From contig NC_045698.1 in NCBI RefSeq assembly GCF_009834535.1, positions 10,914,001-10,978,000 of the forward strand: a stretch of 64,000 bases of DNA, written 5' to 3'. The stretch comes from Camelus ferus. Lineage: Eukaryota. This document shows, piece by piece, positions 36,456-49,681 of this stretch. The notes under the pieces were generated by a model. It made no database searches. It worked only from the letters and a program-made list of their open reading frames with translations, and was not told where the DNA came from. The translations under genes were made by a program, and so were the position numbers. Each line of letters starts with the position of its first letter. Positions within the stretch are counted from its first letter, which is position 1.

Positions 36456-37679
36456 GTTATTTTTTTATTTACTGAGATAAGGAAGAATGGAATTTCTGTT
36501 CTTTTCTTCTTTTTTGCCAGAGAGAATCAGGAGTTCAATTTCTGATGTAAGTTTGAGATGGATATTAGACATAAAAGGAGAATAGCTGAATAGGTTTTCA
36601 GATATAAATGAATTAGATACACCTCATTCTTTCACTCCAGTATTTCTTTTACTTAATGACCTGATTGGGGTTCAAGTTTGGTTTTACAAAATATATTATG
36701 TAACAATTTAAATATAATAGTACAGACCTAGGCACTTAAGGATTCACTCTCCAATTGGTAATATATCCTGCTCATGTCAGTATTCTTTATGTATTTAAGA
36801 TTGACATATTTTGGTGTAAATAAATTTTTTAATAACACAATCTGTTCCTTGTTTGAGAAAGTCTATACTTCCATGGGCTTTCTTCTAGATGAAGCACTCC
36901 TGCTTAAAGGTCCTTTTAGGGAAAGTCTAGGGAAAGTCTAGGGGATCAGATACTATGTGTCAAAGGGGTGTTTGCTCTATATTCAGAGAAGACTCTACAT
37001 ATATACTCACAGAATGTTGCAGAGTTGAGAGTAAAAAGTGTCCACCAACATCTGCCTCCTTCAAGAAGCATGTTCATTCCACCGTGGGAAGGATCAGGAG
37101 AATCACATCTAATTGCCATCCTGAGGCATTTTCCTGAAAGTGTGTCCCTTCTTTGTTTCCAGTCAATCCAAGTGAAATTTCTTTCTTAAAATAGGAAAAT
37201 GAACACCTCCACTTTACTAAGAAGTAACATCTGGCTGGTTAAGTCACCAGTAAGAGAGGAATGATGATGGTTTTAGTCTGCAATCTTAGCTCATCTTTGA
37301 CATTTCCTTTCAGAAAACCGAGCGGCCGCACCCTTTTGTACACCGCTCAGAGGAAGCAGCTGCCAGAGAGGTGGTGCTGGAGGCTGATGAACTCCGACAT
37401 GTGATCAGAGGATTTCTGGGAAACTGAGCACCTCATCTTTAGAATGAGTGTTTAGAGTGTTTTCATGAATAAGATGGTTGTATTCTATTTTAAGCAAAAC
37501 ACTTGGTATTCTATGAGGGATTTTAAAAATAAAAATTTTAGGATAAGTTTAAATAAATTTTTTTTTACTTAAAGGCATGCAATTGCTCGATCTATTTAAA
37601 CAACATATTGCTGCTTATCTAGAAGATAAGATACCAAATCATAGTTAAACATTTACATAGTAAGATAAGACTCAGTCTC

Positions 37680-38175
37680 CTGCTTTTGTTAGGATTTTTT
37701 TTAAGTTGTGAATGAAAGAAACTTAACCCCACGTGTCTTAATCACAGAGGGGATTTGCTGGCTCACACAACACCAGGTCTAGGGTGGATATTATCAGGCG
37801 AGGCCAAAGCCAGGTGCTCACACAGTGACATCTGAAACCTGTCTCTCTCCATCTCCTGGCCCTGCTTTTCCCGTCTTGGTTTCATTCTCAAACAGCTCTT
37901 TCCTTCATAATGGCAAGATGAATCCCAGCAGCCGCAGGCTTACGTTCCATCAGTAAAACAACCTCAGAGGAGAAAAGAGGTCCCATTTGCCCAGAATTCC
38001 ATCACTCAACCTGAGACTCACTCTGATTGGCCTGGCTTGGGGGGAATGCTCGACCCTGAACCAATCTCTAAGTCCTGGGGGAGGAACTTTATGATTGGAT
38101 GGGCATGGGACACCCACCCGCAACTGGAATTGCAAAGGTGAGTTGAGGACCATTCCTACCTGAACCGTAGGGGCA
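37680..38175 (-). mobile_element. Old MLT1 (J/K-like) LTR
   Basis: gggatttgctggctcac...ggtttcattctcaaacagctct...ctctgattggcctggcttggggg...ccctgaaccaatc. Confidence 0.7.
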
Positions 38176-38181
38176 GAGTTG

Positions 38182-38559
38182 TGTATTACTTTGCTCAAAC
38201 TATAACAAAGCACCACAGAATGAGTGGCCTACACAACAGAAATTTATTTTCCCACAGTCAGAGACTGGAAGTCCTAGATCAAAGTGTGGGCAGGTTTATT
38301 TTCTCCTGAGACCTCTCTCCTTGGCTTGCAGACGGCTGTCTTCTCGCTGTGTCCTCATGGCCTATTTCCTTTTGTACATGTGTCTCATGTCTCTTCTTCT
38401 TCTTATAAGGACATCAGCCCTATTGGATTAGGGTCCCAAACATATGACCTCTTTCAACCTTAATTACTTCTCTGAAGGCCCTATCTATAAATATAGTCAC
38501 ATTGGGGGTTAGGGTCTCGACATACGAATTTTGAGGGGGACTCAGTTTGGTCCATAGCA
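38182..38559 (-). mobile_element. MLT1A/B solo LTR
   Basis: tgtatta...acaacagaaatttattttcccacagt...ctctctccttggcttgcagacggctgtcttctcgctgtgtcctc...ttcttataaggacatcagccctattggattaggg...gtccatagca. Confidence 0.88.
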
Positions 38560-39129
38560 GTGATTTGTTTTTCCAAAGGATGACTAGTCAGGCAGAAACC
38601 CTACATCTATCACAGCCTCGATAAAACTCAGAGGATGAAAGCAATGGCAAGATGTGGCAGAGGGATGCCCCCGGTGCCAAGTGGTAAGACGTGGGAGGGT
38701 CTGATCAGGTGATTTGGGTGCTTCTGCCAGAGGACACTGAGAGGGTGTCAGAGTAAGGGAGAGCATCCCAATCCAGGGGGGATGGCCAGAGAGAGAGGGG
38801 AACTGAATTCATGGGCACGAGCTGTGACTACCGGAATCGCAGTGGAAGCCCAAATAGTTCTAATCAAAGGATAAGACGGGGAAATAGTTTGGCTTCTGAC
38901 CTATTATCTAAAAGTACGTGTTCCTCTTTAGGTCAGGCTTTATATTTTCTGTGTCCTACCTTGTGGACTTTCTCATTTTGCACATTAACAATTAAAAAAA
39001 AACCTTATAAATTTACTCTGAAGCCTTTTTATTATTAATGCAGATTTTTTTAAGGTTTCATAGCAATTATCAAGAGGAGAGTTATTTCATACTTTACTCA
39101 ACAAAACTTTATAAAAATCTTGTTTGATA

Positions 39130-39335
39130 GCACTACTATATATAAAATAGATAAACAAGGACCTACTGCACATACAGGTAACTATATTCAATATCTTGAA
39201 ATAACTTACAAAGGAAAAGAATATGAAAAAGAATATCTATGAATATATATATATATAACTGAATCACTTTGCTATATGCCTGAAACTAACACAACATTGT
39301 AAATCAACTATACTTCAAAACATTTTAAAAAGAAA
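39130..39335 (+). mobile_element. L1 3' end fragment
   Basis: tatataaaatagataaacaaggacctactg...aactgaatcactttgctatatgcctgaaactaacacaacattgtaaatcaactatacttc. Confidence 0.9.
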
Positions 39336-40182
39336 AAATCTTTTTGTTGCTGCTCTACCCCACATCTTCCTTAACTTATTTCTTCTGCCTCTTTTTTGGG
39401 TCCATTGTGGTGGGTGAAGTGGCTAAGCAAACAGCTTCAACAAAACAAAACTCTTGGGTTAAGCAAACCTTGAGAATTTGGTGCTTCTGCATCAGGTCTC
39501 AAGGAGGTGGGTTGGAAACAATTGCTTTTTTATTTCATTTAGAAATCATTTTCGTCTAATATCTAGAAATTTACTTGATTTTTGCCCTTGTATGTTGTGA
39601 CCTTGTTAAATGTGACCTCATAGTCATATTTAGCATCCTTAGAATCCAGTCCCACACATAGTCCCAGTACAGGCTGCATAAATCTTTTAACTTCTTTGAA
39701 TATAGTCCATGTGTTCCTTTATCAGACTCAGTAAGTTCATAGCCAAGCTTTTCTGTGATTTAAACCTGTAAGCTTAATGGCCAAAATGTAAGGAAGAGGC
39801 AGATTCTGAGCGGAACACCTGTTGAAGGGGAGAGGCCTCTGCATCATCATTCAGTATAGGACGGAGTGCTAACGCTTACCAGGAACACTGAATAATTCAT
39901 GCCTATTCAGAAGTTTCAGAGGAGTTCAGAGAGTCAAAATCTTTGGGGATACCCACTGGATGTGCCCATCCCACGTGTCAGAATCTCAAGGTTTTCATAA
40001 CCAGAGCCCCAGCCTTGGCTTACCAGAGGTACCAGAGCTTGGTGTCTAAAATTCTTTAAAGTTCAGCCATTTGAACTCTTCATTCCTGCTCCTGATCCCG
40101 TTTTCTCTGCCCCGCTGCTGCATGAGATAGAAGCTTTGTGATAGGCCTTCCTTGCCTGCTCCAGTCCCTCCGCAGCTGGTTG

Positions 40183-40420
40183 TATTTCTTTTTAATGGAA
40201 GTATAGTGCTGTGCAATATTCTGTAAGTCATAGGTGTTCAATATAGTGATTCAAAATTTTAAGGGCTATACTCCATTTACTGTTATTGTAAGTTATTGGC
40301 TATATTCCCTGTGCTGTACAATATATTCTTGTAGCTTATTTTATACATAGTAGTTTGTATCTCTTACTTCCCTCTCCCTATATTTCCCCTCCCCACTTCC
40401 CTCTCTCCATTAGTAACCAA
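40183..40420 (-). mobile_element. L1 3' end fragment
   Basis: gaagtatagtgctgtgcaatattctgtaagtcataggtgttcaatatagtgattc...ttggctatattccctgtgctgtacaatat. Confidence 0.88.
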
Positions 40421-40734
40421 GTAGTTGGTTATATTTCTGTAGACTATCAATGCCACTAAGCAATAGGCATCTGATCTGTTATTTTTATCTGCTTTTTCCT
40501 CTGTGAATCTGAAAAGCCTGAGGCATTGCATCCTTTCATGCACTTTCCTTCCAATAACAGATCATCCCAATTTACTACTAGCGAAGGTTCAACATTTGAG
40601 CCAACCCCCCTTGCATCCTGTGCTGTCTGTCCTCCACCGAACATCAGTTTAAGATTCTCTTTGCTACCTGAGCAATGAATGATTCACCTCCTGTATCTCA
40701 TCTTATCAACTGCCTTCTCAGAATACTGTCAGTA

Positions 40735-41145
40735 TAAATGCTCTCAGGGTTGAGTCCTCTGAAAGCAGATGCTGAGAGGGTTTGAGACACAAAATGTTTA
40801 TTAGGGATTGATCCATGTGAAAGGAAGAGAGAAATTCAGTTGGGCAGGGAAGAAGCTGAACTGTGATGAAGGCTGACAAACGTGGCCCAAACAGTAGGAA
40901 GCTCTGGAGCTCTATTATTGCCCATGTTAGGCTGATATGACTGGGTCATCGTTACCTCTGCTTCGTCGATCACTAGGTGCAATCTGCCCAAAATTATACC
41001 GGACAAAACAGCTTTTGGTAGATAAGACAGGCCTTGAAGGATCTGAGAGCTGGAGACTGTATGTCAGCTGTGTTTCCTACAGTTGGATTGAAAGGCCTTC
41101 CTTGAAAGGGAATCTGGGCAGCACATCTTTGTATCTATCATAGAT
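40735..41145 (-). mobile_element. ERVL-type LTR (LTR40/41-like)
   Basis: gaaagcagatgctgagaggg...aaatgtttattagggat...gaagctgaactgtgatg...gggaatctgggcagcacatc. Confidence 0.6.
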
Positions 41146-41209
41146 ATTGCCCCCCAGGTCCCCAGGGGCTGTTCCTTTTCTTCAATATTCTGTGTCCTTC
41201 AGATAATGT

Positions 41210-41900
41210 AATTTCTACTTAATGTTCATTGACTCTTCTGCTATCTCCAATCTGCTGTTGAGCCCATCTAGTAAATTAAAACATTTATCCATTTTACTTG
41301 CTCCATTCTATAATTTCCATTTGGTTCTTTTTCATAATTTCCTTTTTTTTTTTCTTTTTTTGGCTGAGATTCTTTATTTGCTGACTCAGTAAGACCATGT
41401 TTTCTTCAATTGTTTGAGCATATTTTCCTTTAATTTTTAAAACCTACCAATAATAGGTGCTTTCAAGTTTTGTCTGCTAAGTCCAGTATCTGATCCATTT
41501 TTGTATTTATTTTTGCTGACTGCTTTTTCCTTGACTATGGCTCATGCTTATCCTCCCTATGTTTTTGGAAGCCCAGTAGTTTTTACTGTGTAGTAGACAT
41601 GCGGGTGCTGCACTGCAGGACTTTGGAGTCCATGGCTGTCCTCTGATGAAGATGGATGTTTGCTCTATTGAGTGGACCACTTATTGATTGATTAACTTTG
41701 AACTTGGATTGGCTTCGCATTATGCTTCATTAGGGAAGATCTATAAAAAGAAAAAAAAGTGTTTTCCAACCCATTCTAACTTGGTAAGACTTAAAATTCA
41801 AACTCTTCCTTTTTTTGCAAACAGTGTCAAGGTCTGATTTTAGGCCTTGTTAGAACAGGTTTGCAGTTGGCATCCTTCTGGGACATGGTCCTCGGGGCAT
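41210..41900 (-). mobile_element. Old L1M ORF1/5' fragment
   Basis: ttctgctatctccaatctgctgttgagcccatctagtaaatt...ctataatttccatttggttcttttt. Confidence 0.7.
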
Positions 41901-44900
41901 GTATTGTTTAAGTGGAATTAATTACATTCTCAACATTGCAAAACCATCACCACTATTTATTTCCAAAAATTCTTCATTACTCTGAACAGAAACTCTGTAT
42001 CCATTAAGCAATAACTCCTATTTCTCTTTCCTCTGGTGATTTCTAATATACGTTCTCTATTTATAAATTTGCCTATTCTTGATACGTCATATAAGAGCAA
42101 TCATACATTATCTGTCTGGCTTATTTTATGCAAAATGTTTTCAAAATTCATCCATATTATAGCATATATCAGAACCTCATTCCACCGTGTGTATATACCA
42201 CATTTTGTTTATCCATTCATCTGTTGATGAACAGTTGAATTGTTTCCACTTTCTGGCTATTGTAAATAATGCTGCAGTGAACATTGGCATAAAAGGATGT
42301 TTGTATCCCTGCTTTCAATTCCTTTGGGTATATACCTGGAAGTGGAATTGGTAGATCACATGGCAATTCTATGTTTAGTTCCTCGAGGAGCCACCAAACT
42401 CTTTTCCATCGCAGCTGCACCATGGCACATTCCCATCAACAGTGCACAAAGATTTTGATTTCTCTATATCTTGCCAATACTTGTTATTTTTTGTTTGTTT
42501 GTTTTAAAATAGCCATTCAAATGGGAGTGAAGTGGTATCTCATTGCGCTTTTGATTTGCATTTCCCTTATAATTAGTTATGTCAAACAACTTTTAAATGT
42601 CCTTATTGACAATTTGCATATCTTCTTTGGAGAAACATTCAAGTTCATTGTCCACTTTTTAACTGGATTTTTGTTGTTGTTATTGAGTTGTAGGAATTCT
42701 TTATATAAGCTGGATATTAAACACTCATCGGATGTATGATTTGCAAGTATTGTCTCCTATTCTATGGGTTGTCTTTTCACTCTTGTATTCTTCGATACAC
42801 AAAATATTTTCATTTTGATGAAGTCCAGCTTATCTATTTTTTTCTTTTGTTTCTTGTGCTTTTGGTTTCATATCCGAGAAATTATTGCCAAGACCAACGT
42901 TTAGAAACTTAAAGAAATTCTCCTATGTGTTCTACCAGGAGTTTGACAGTTTCAGTCTTTACATTTAAGACATTAATCCATTTTGAGTTAATTTTTGTAA
43001 GGGTCCAACTTTATTCTTTTGCATATGGATATCCAGTTTTCCTAGCACAATTTGTTGAAAAGACTACCCTTTCTTCATCGGATGGGGAAGTACCTTACTC
43101 AAATATCATTTGACCATACATATGAGTATTTATTTCTGGGCTCTCTATTCTATTCCATTAGACTATATGTGTGTCCTTATGCCAGTACTACACAGTTACG
43201 ATTACTGTATGTAACAAGTTGTGAAATCAGAAAGTATGAGACCTCCAACTTGGTTCGTTTTTTTTCAAGATTATTTTGGTTATTCTAGGTCCCTTGTGAT
43301 TCTGTATGCATTTTAGGATTGGTTTTTTAATTTCTGCAAAAATGTTATTGGAATTTTTATTGGTATTGCGTTGAATCAGTCAATTTCGGAGAGTAATATT
43401 TCACCTTAATGATATGAAGTCTTTCAGTCCATGAACACAGATGTTTTTCCATTTATTTATGTCTTTTCTAATTTCTTTCAGTGATGTTTTGCAGTTTTCA
43501 GTGTACAATTGTTTTTTTTTTTTTTTTTTTTGCCTTTTTGGTTAATGTGTAGCTAAGTATTTTATTCTTTTTGATGCTATTGTAATGGAATTGTTTTCTT
43601 AATTTTCTTTTTGGCTTGTTTGATGTTAGTGTATAGAAAGGCAAGTGATATGTGTTGATTTGCATGTTGAAATTTTGCTGAATCTGTTTATTAGCTGTAA
43701 CAGTTATATTGTAGACTTTAGGGTTTTCTACATATAAGATCATGTTATTTGTAAACAGGGATAATTTTACTTCTCTCTTTCTAGTTTGGCTGCCTTTCTT
43801 TTTCTTTTTGTTGCTCATTTCTCTGGCTTGAATTTGCAATATTATGTTAAATAGAAGTGGTGGAAGTGGGCATCACTGTTTTGTCACGCATCTTAGTGGA
43901 AAAGCTTTTAGTCTCTCGTTTATGATGTGATCTGTGGGTTTTTCAGGTATAGCCTTTATTATGTCGATGTAATTTCTTTATAATTTTAGTTTGTTGAGTA
44001 CTTTTTTTAATCATGAAAAGTTGTTGAATTTTATGAGGCCTTTTCTGCATCAATTGAAATGATAATTTTTTCCTTACTCTGTTAATACGATGTATTGCAT
44101 TGATTGATTATCATATGTTGAATCATTCCAGTTGATCTTGGTGTATAATTATTTTACTATGCTACTGAATTCATGTTTTTAAGTATTTTGTTGAATATTT
44201 TTGCATCAAATACTGGCTTTGGTACCAGTGTAATGCTGATCTCATATAATGATATGGAAGTGTTCTCTCCTCTTCATTTTTTTTGGAAATTTAAGAAGAA
44301 TTGGTATTAATTTTGTTTTAAATGTTTGGTAGAATTCATTGGTGAGGCCTTCTGGTACTGGACTTTCCTTGGGAGATTTTTGATGCTAATTCAATCACCT
44401 AATGAGCACAGGTCTATTTCCTCATGATTTAGTTTTGGTAGATTTTTGTTTCTAGGAATGTGTCCATTTCATTCAAATTATACAACTTGTTGGCTTACAA
44501 TTGTTTGTGGTACTCTCTTATAATCCTTTCCCCCCCCGGAAACTCAGTAGCAATGTCCCCACGTTTATTTCTAATTTTAGTAATTTGAGTCTTTTCTCTT
44601 TTTTCACAGCCAATATAGTTAAAGGTGTGTCAATTTTGTTAATTTTTTTCAAAGAACCAACTTTTCATTTCATCAAAGGACAGTTTTGCCAGACACAGAC
44701 TTTTCAGACTTGCTTTTCTTCTGGCTCTTTAAATACATCTTTCCACTGCCTTCTGTCCTGTAAGATTTCTGCTGAGAAATACACTGATAATGTTTTTGAG
44801 AAGTCCTCATATGTGACCATTTGCTTTTCTCTTGCTGCTTTCAAGATTCTATATCTGTCTTTGGCATTGAACAGTTTGAATATAATGTATCTCAATGTGA

Positions 44901-46255
44901 CTCTCTTTGGGGTTTTCCTCTTTGGACTTTGTTGAGCTTATTTTATTTGTATATCCATGTATTTCCTGAGATTTGGGAAGTTTCTGGCCATTCTTTCTTC
45001 ACATAAATTCTCAGCCTCTTTCTCTCTTCTCCTCCTGGGACTCCTCTCTCCCACCCTCCATCCACAATGTAACGTGTCTATTGGTCTCTTGGATGGCCCC
45101 ATAAGTCCTTCAGGCTTTCTTCATTTTTTCTTCATTCTTTGTCCTCTTTGCTCCCTAGACTCAGTAATTTTAAATTAACTGTCTTCAAGTTTATCGATTC
45201 TTCTGTCTATTCAAGTCTTCTGCTGAATCTCTGTAGAAGATTTTTCAACTCCAGAATTTCTGTTTGGCATTTTATAACATCTGTCATTGTTGATATTCTC
45301 ATATTGTTTATCTATCATTTTCCTGATTTCCTTCAGCTCTTTGTTCATGTTTTCCTTTAGTGCTTTGAGCATATATGAGGTAGCTGTTTTAAATTCTTTG
45401 TCAAGTATATCTAATGGCTTTGTTTTTTTCAAAGATGTTTCTATAGATTTATTTTGTTCCTTTGATTGAGCCATGTTTTCCTGTTTCTCTGTGTGCCTTG
45501 TGATTTTTTTTTTTAATTGGGCATTTGAAAAACTAGCTACCTCTCCCAGTTTTTGCAGACTGTTCTGTGAGGGGATAAACCTTCACTAATCAGCCCGGCA
45601 TAAATACTTAAGGTCTTCTTAAACCATTTCATGATGTCCATCTTTTCTGGGTTTGTATGTGTGTGTTTTTTCCAGTTTCCCCATATTATACACAGCTGCT
45701 TTTAAATGTCTTGTGTTCCCTTAGAGTCTCAATCCTGTTTCTTCTTGGGACCTTAGCTGTTCTATTTAATTCCTCAGTCAGAAATCTCTTACCATAGGCA
45801 TCTATGTGTTGGTAGTTTTCTTAAGCTATGCCTGATAACTTCCCACAGATTCCCTTAGTTTGAGATCTCAGATGATTTGAGCCTCTGAACTGAAAGTTAA
45901 GTGACTCAGAGACCAGTATCTCAGGCAGCATGAGAACAGGTTAGAACATCGAAAATTCACTCCTCTGTGCTCTCTCTGGCTTGCATAAGGTAAATGGGGA
46001 TCAAGTCACTGCTTCCCCCAAACTGCGGTGCCATGTCAGGTAGGAGGAGAAAGGGCAAATAAAATTCCATGAAACTTTCTACCATTTGAATGTGACTTTT
46101 TCTTAATTGGGCATTTGTTTGGTTGCTATAGGTCTTTTACGGATTTCCAGAGCACCTATGAAGTTATTTTGGTCAGTTTCTAGTTGTTTGTTTAATGTTT
46201 CCATGGGGGAATGAGGGCCTGGAACTTCTTAGTCTGCCATCTTGCTGACATTACC
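41900..46255 (-). mobile_element. L1 (L1MA/MB-age) spanning 5' UTR to 3' UTR, with a large internal deletion near 44673
   Basis: ORF1p remnant 44704-44895 (RILKAAREKQMVTY...SAEILQDRRQWKDVFK); RT remnant 43498-43839 (EVKLSLFTNNMILYVENPK); ORF2 C-terminus 42217-42423 (LNIELPCDLPIPLPGIYPKELK); 5' terminus-like gtctgccatcttgctgac near 46240. Confidence 0.88.
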
Positions 46256-49200
46256 CTTCTCCCCCTTTTAACAATATAATGGGAACTTGGACCAAAATCT
46301 ATGCTGTCTGAGAACTGAGGTATATTCTTGCCAAAGTGATCCCTCAGCTGGACTAGAAGCTGGCATGGATACTCAGCACATTAGTGGGACATTGCAGTTC
46401 CCTCTTTGAATTACTATTATGCATTCCCGTAAGAGCCTCTGAGAACTGGGAGGGCAGAGGCAACCAGTTTCAAAACGACTTTCTTTGTCAATAAGGAACT
46501 TTTCTTGAAACTAGATGTCTTGGAAGACTACATGTCAGGCTTTATATTTTCCCAATTAACATTTACTTCAGACTTCTTGCCAAAGATGAAAAGATTTGAC
46601 AAAGTTGGCTGCCATTGTAATTGTCCCCCTGACCTTTTTCTGAACACAGGAAGTAGGACCATCGATTCAGATTTACGTCAATTTACAAACCAGAGTGGAT
46701 TATTGCCTACTAGGTGTATTGCAGAGAAATGAACCTTTAATTGAGGTGACCCAGAAAGGGACGCTATTTCAGCAGAGACCTTCTGCCCCAAGAAATTGGC
46801 TTTTAATGACCAATTTCCTTTCATGCCAATGCACTAGAGGCAGCTAGGTTCAGGAATTTTTTTTAAGATAATTTTATTCACCTCTGAGAAAGGATAGACA
46901 CTAATTTGCTTTTGTGACAGGGAACTGAGAATGCCATAGGTCTGCTAAAAAATGTCAGAAAAGGAAGACAGCATTGTATGTTGTTAACTAATGGAACATC
47001 GAAGCAATTAAGCTCTTGCCCTTGAAGTTCCCTTATTACAGATTAGCTTATACTGCTAAGACTTATAAAATGACTGCAGACACAAGCTCATGAGAAATGA
47101 TAATCACTGACTGCCATTGTTATATGCCATATGTTTCTCCTGCTTTGGGACCGTTGGTCTCCTCTTCCTGTTACATTCATGGATTCTGCAAAAACTGACA
47201 CCTGTAAAATAGCCCATTTGAAAACTAGTGTTAATTTGAAATTTTTGTTTCTGGTTTGTATCTTTCCATTTTGTATTCTCCTAGGATACTTAGTAAGAAT
47301 GTGTCATCATAATCAAGTTGTGGAACTACTTTCCTGTATGATTTAAAGAAATCGTGCCCACTATTTTATAGTTACTACCCATGTGGTGGGACCATCATCT
47401 AATGACTCTTCATGTTTAAGGAAAGAAAGAAGGCAGGTTTATTGCATTTGAAATAGGCTGAAGAGCAAGGGATTATTTAAATTATAATGATGTTCTTATA
47501 CTGACCCCTTGTGTGACCTAAAGAAAGTAAAGGGACACACAAATTACAGCAAAGAGAGCAGCCTGCTAATAAAACAATTGATATTTAAATATACTCATCA
47601 AACAAAGACTCTTTCTGAAGGAGGTTCTGTGTGTAAATATAATGGTGGTAATCTTGCTTTGATACCCTTCTAATTGAAATGTGATTACTTTTTTCTTCTA
47701 ACACTCACTCTCTTAAAGGAGTGGATGGAATAAGGGATGAAAGAAGTACAATGAATAATTTATTTTAATGAGCCTTTAAAATAGAAATTTCTAAATGCCA
47801 CATATTCGTCATAGTGAAGCACATTATGAATCACGAATAGATTTCCCTTTGGAAATGCTTATTTTAAAAAACTAATATACAGATAAAAATAAGCATCCTT
47901 TTGCATCAGTCTTGGCAATAACAATCCAGGATTAAAATCAGAAATCTCTTTGTTTGAAAGGAACCCTGAACACATGCAGATGTTGGCAGATAGAAAGTGT
48001 TGGGAGTATCAGTTTGCGGACAAACCATATTAACCCCACCCACCTCTTGAAAAATTGTTTTATTTTGATATCCCAAAGAGCAAGCCCTTTTCACTGGTGA
48101 GTGCAGTCATCACCACAATAGCTAAACATGCAGGGAACACATCAGACTGAAAAAATAAACATCAATTTCCTTGCAAAAATCAGTGAGACTGTGCCCATTC
48201 TATTTTGCAAAGGGAAGTCAGTGACCTTTAGCAGGGAGTGTTTCATTCCTGGTTGTAATTACTTCTTTCTTTCAATCTTATATTCTAAACTTTTAGGTTT
48301 GAAAAAAGCAACACATGAGAAAATGAAACTGTGCTGCAAAGTTGGCTAGTGTCTTGAAATCTGGGGATATCAGAAAACCCAGAAGTGGGCTGCCCATGGT
48401 AGCATGGCAAACATGCATTGGGATACTCAACCCTCCCCCATCCCCTCCCCAGGGAGTTTCCTGGGGTTAGGGGATGAGGGAGACTTACAATACTAGTAAT
48501 CCAAACATATTTGCTTCCCCCAAAAGAAGTTTTCATAACAACAATCCCAAGCCCTGTTAACTGCCCAAAGTGTGTCTGTTAAAGGAAATTTATCTTTATT
48601 GAACCATTTCCCATTTCTTTCTTTGAAGATCACTGTTTTGTTCCTCATATTCAGAGAAGCAGTGTAGGAAAAGCAATGGTATTTTACAAGTCTTAGGTGA
48701 GTTACTTTAAAACAAGGAGGTTATGTGCAGGAAACCCCCTAGTGGGAACCTCTGCTTGGATGTTGCAGGGCCTTTGATCTCTCTCCTCTCTGCTCTGTTG
48801 GAGAAGAGGCTGCTCCCAGCTCCTGCTGACCCAGCTATGTTCTCAGCCATAGCAATATTTTGATACCTGTGGTTTTCTGGCCTCTAGAGGTTGTGTGTTT
48901 GGCGATGGGGAGGGTGAGGGAGCAGGCAGCAGATCAAGGAGTTTTGCTTGAGATGTGGAATTGAAATCTAGGGGTAAAGTCTGAGAAGTCTGCTAGTCTT
49001 AGACCTGGCTTGCTGACCTCTTGTCTCTACTATATAGTAAGCCTCCAGTACTGCTAGTTTGGAGTCTGCTTTCCGAAGAAAATTCAGACCAAGATGAACA
49101 AAGACACACAGCTTAATGAAAGATAATGATGAAGTGAATAATCCTAAGTGTATTTAAGTAGTAACATAAAACTAAACGTATTTAAACCAGACTCAATCAA

Positions 49201-49681
49201 GCATTTGAAAAGATCATTAAATACCTACAGGTTCATTTGTCTATCTCAAACCTGTCTCAAGACTATATTGTCAAAATATTAACTAAAGTTACATGAACTC
49301 ACACAAAATAATCCTAGGAGACATTTTTTACCGTAAGTCAAGTAATACCTTCAGTTCTTGTTTATACATGGTTCTCTTGGAGTAAGAACTTTCTCCATGT
49401 TTCAACCCAAACCAGTTAATAGGGGCCAACTGGTGGCAGAAATCCTGGCCAAGGGAAGAGGGGAGAGTTCTTAATTACTTCCACTGCCAGGAAGAGTTAG
49501 GAAAATCAAGGCTTTGAAGGTAAAAGGGTCACCTCACATTAAGATGAACACTGTCTTGGAAATAGAGAGGTGGTTGCTCTTTGATTTCATTTGTGTAAGA
49601 TAAGTTGTATTCCCAGAATATTTAAAATAATGTCATATTACACTGCAGTGATTTTTGGAAACCATAGCTTCAGTTAGCTAT

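Noticed and set aside
36917..36944. Tandem tagggaaagtc x2 as paired NF-kB sites
   Set aside because: Imperfect kB match; most simply an 11-bp slippage duplication.
37355..37380. CTCF site (gccagagaggtggtgctg)
   Set aside because: About four mismatches to the core consensus; too weak without data.
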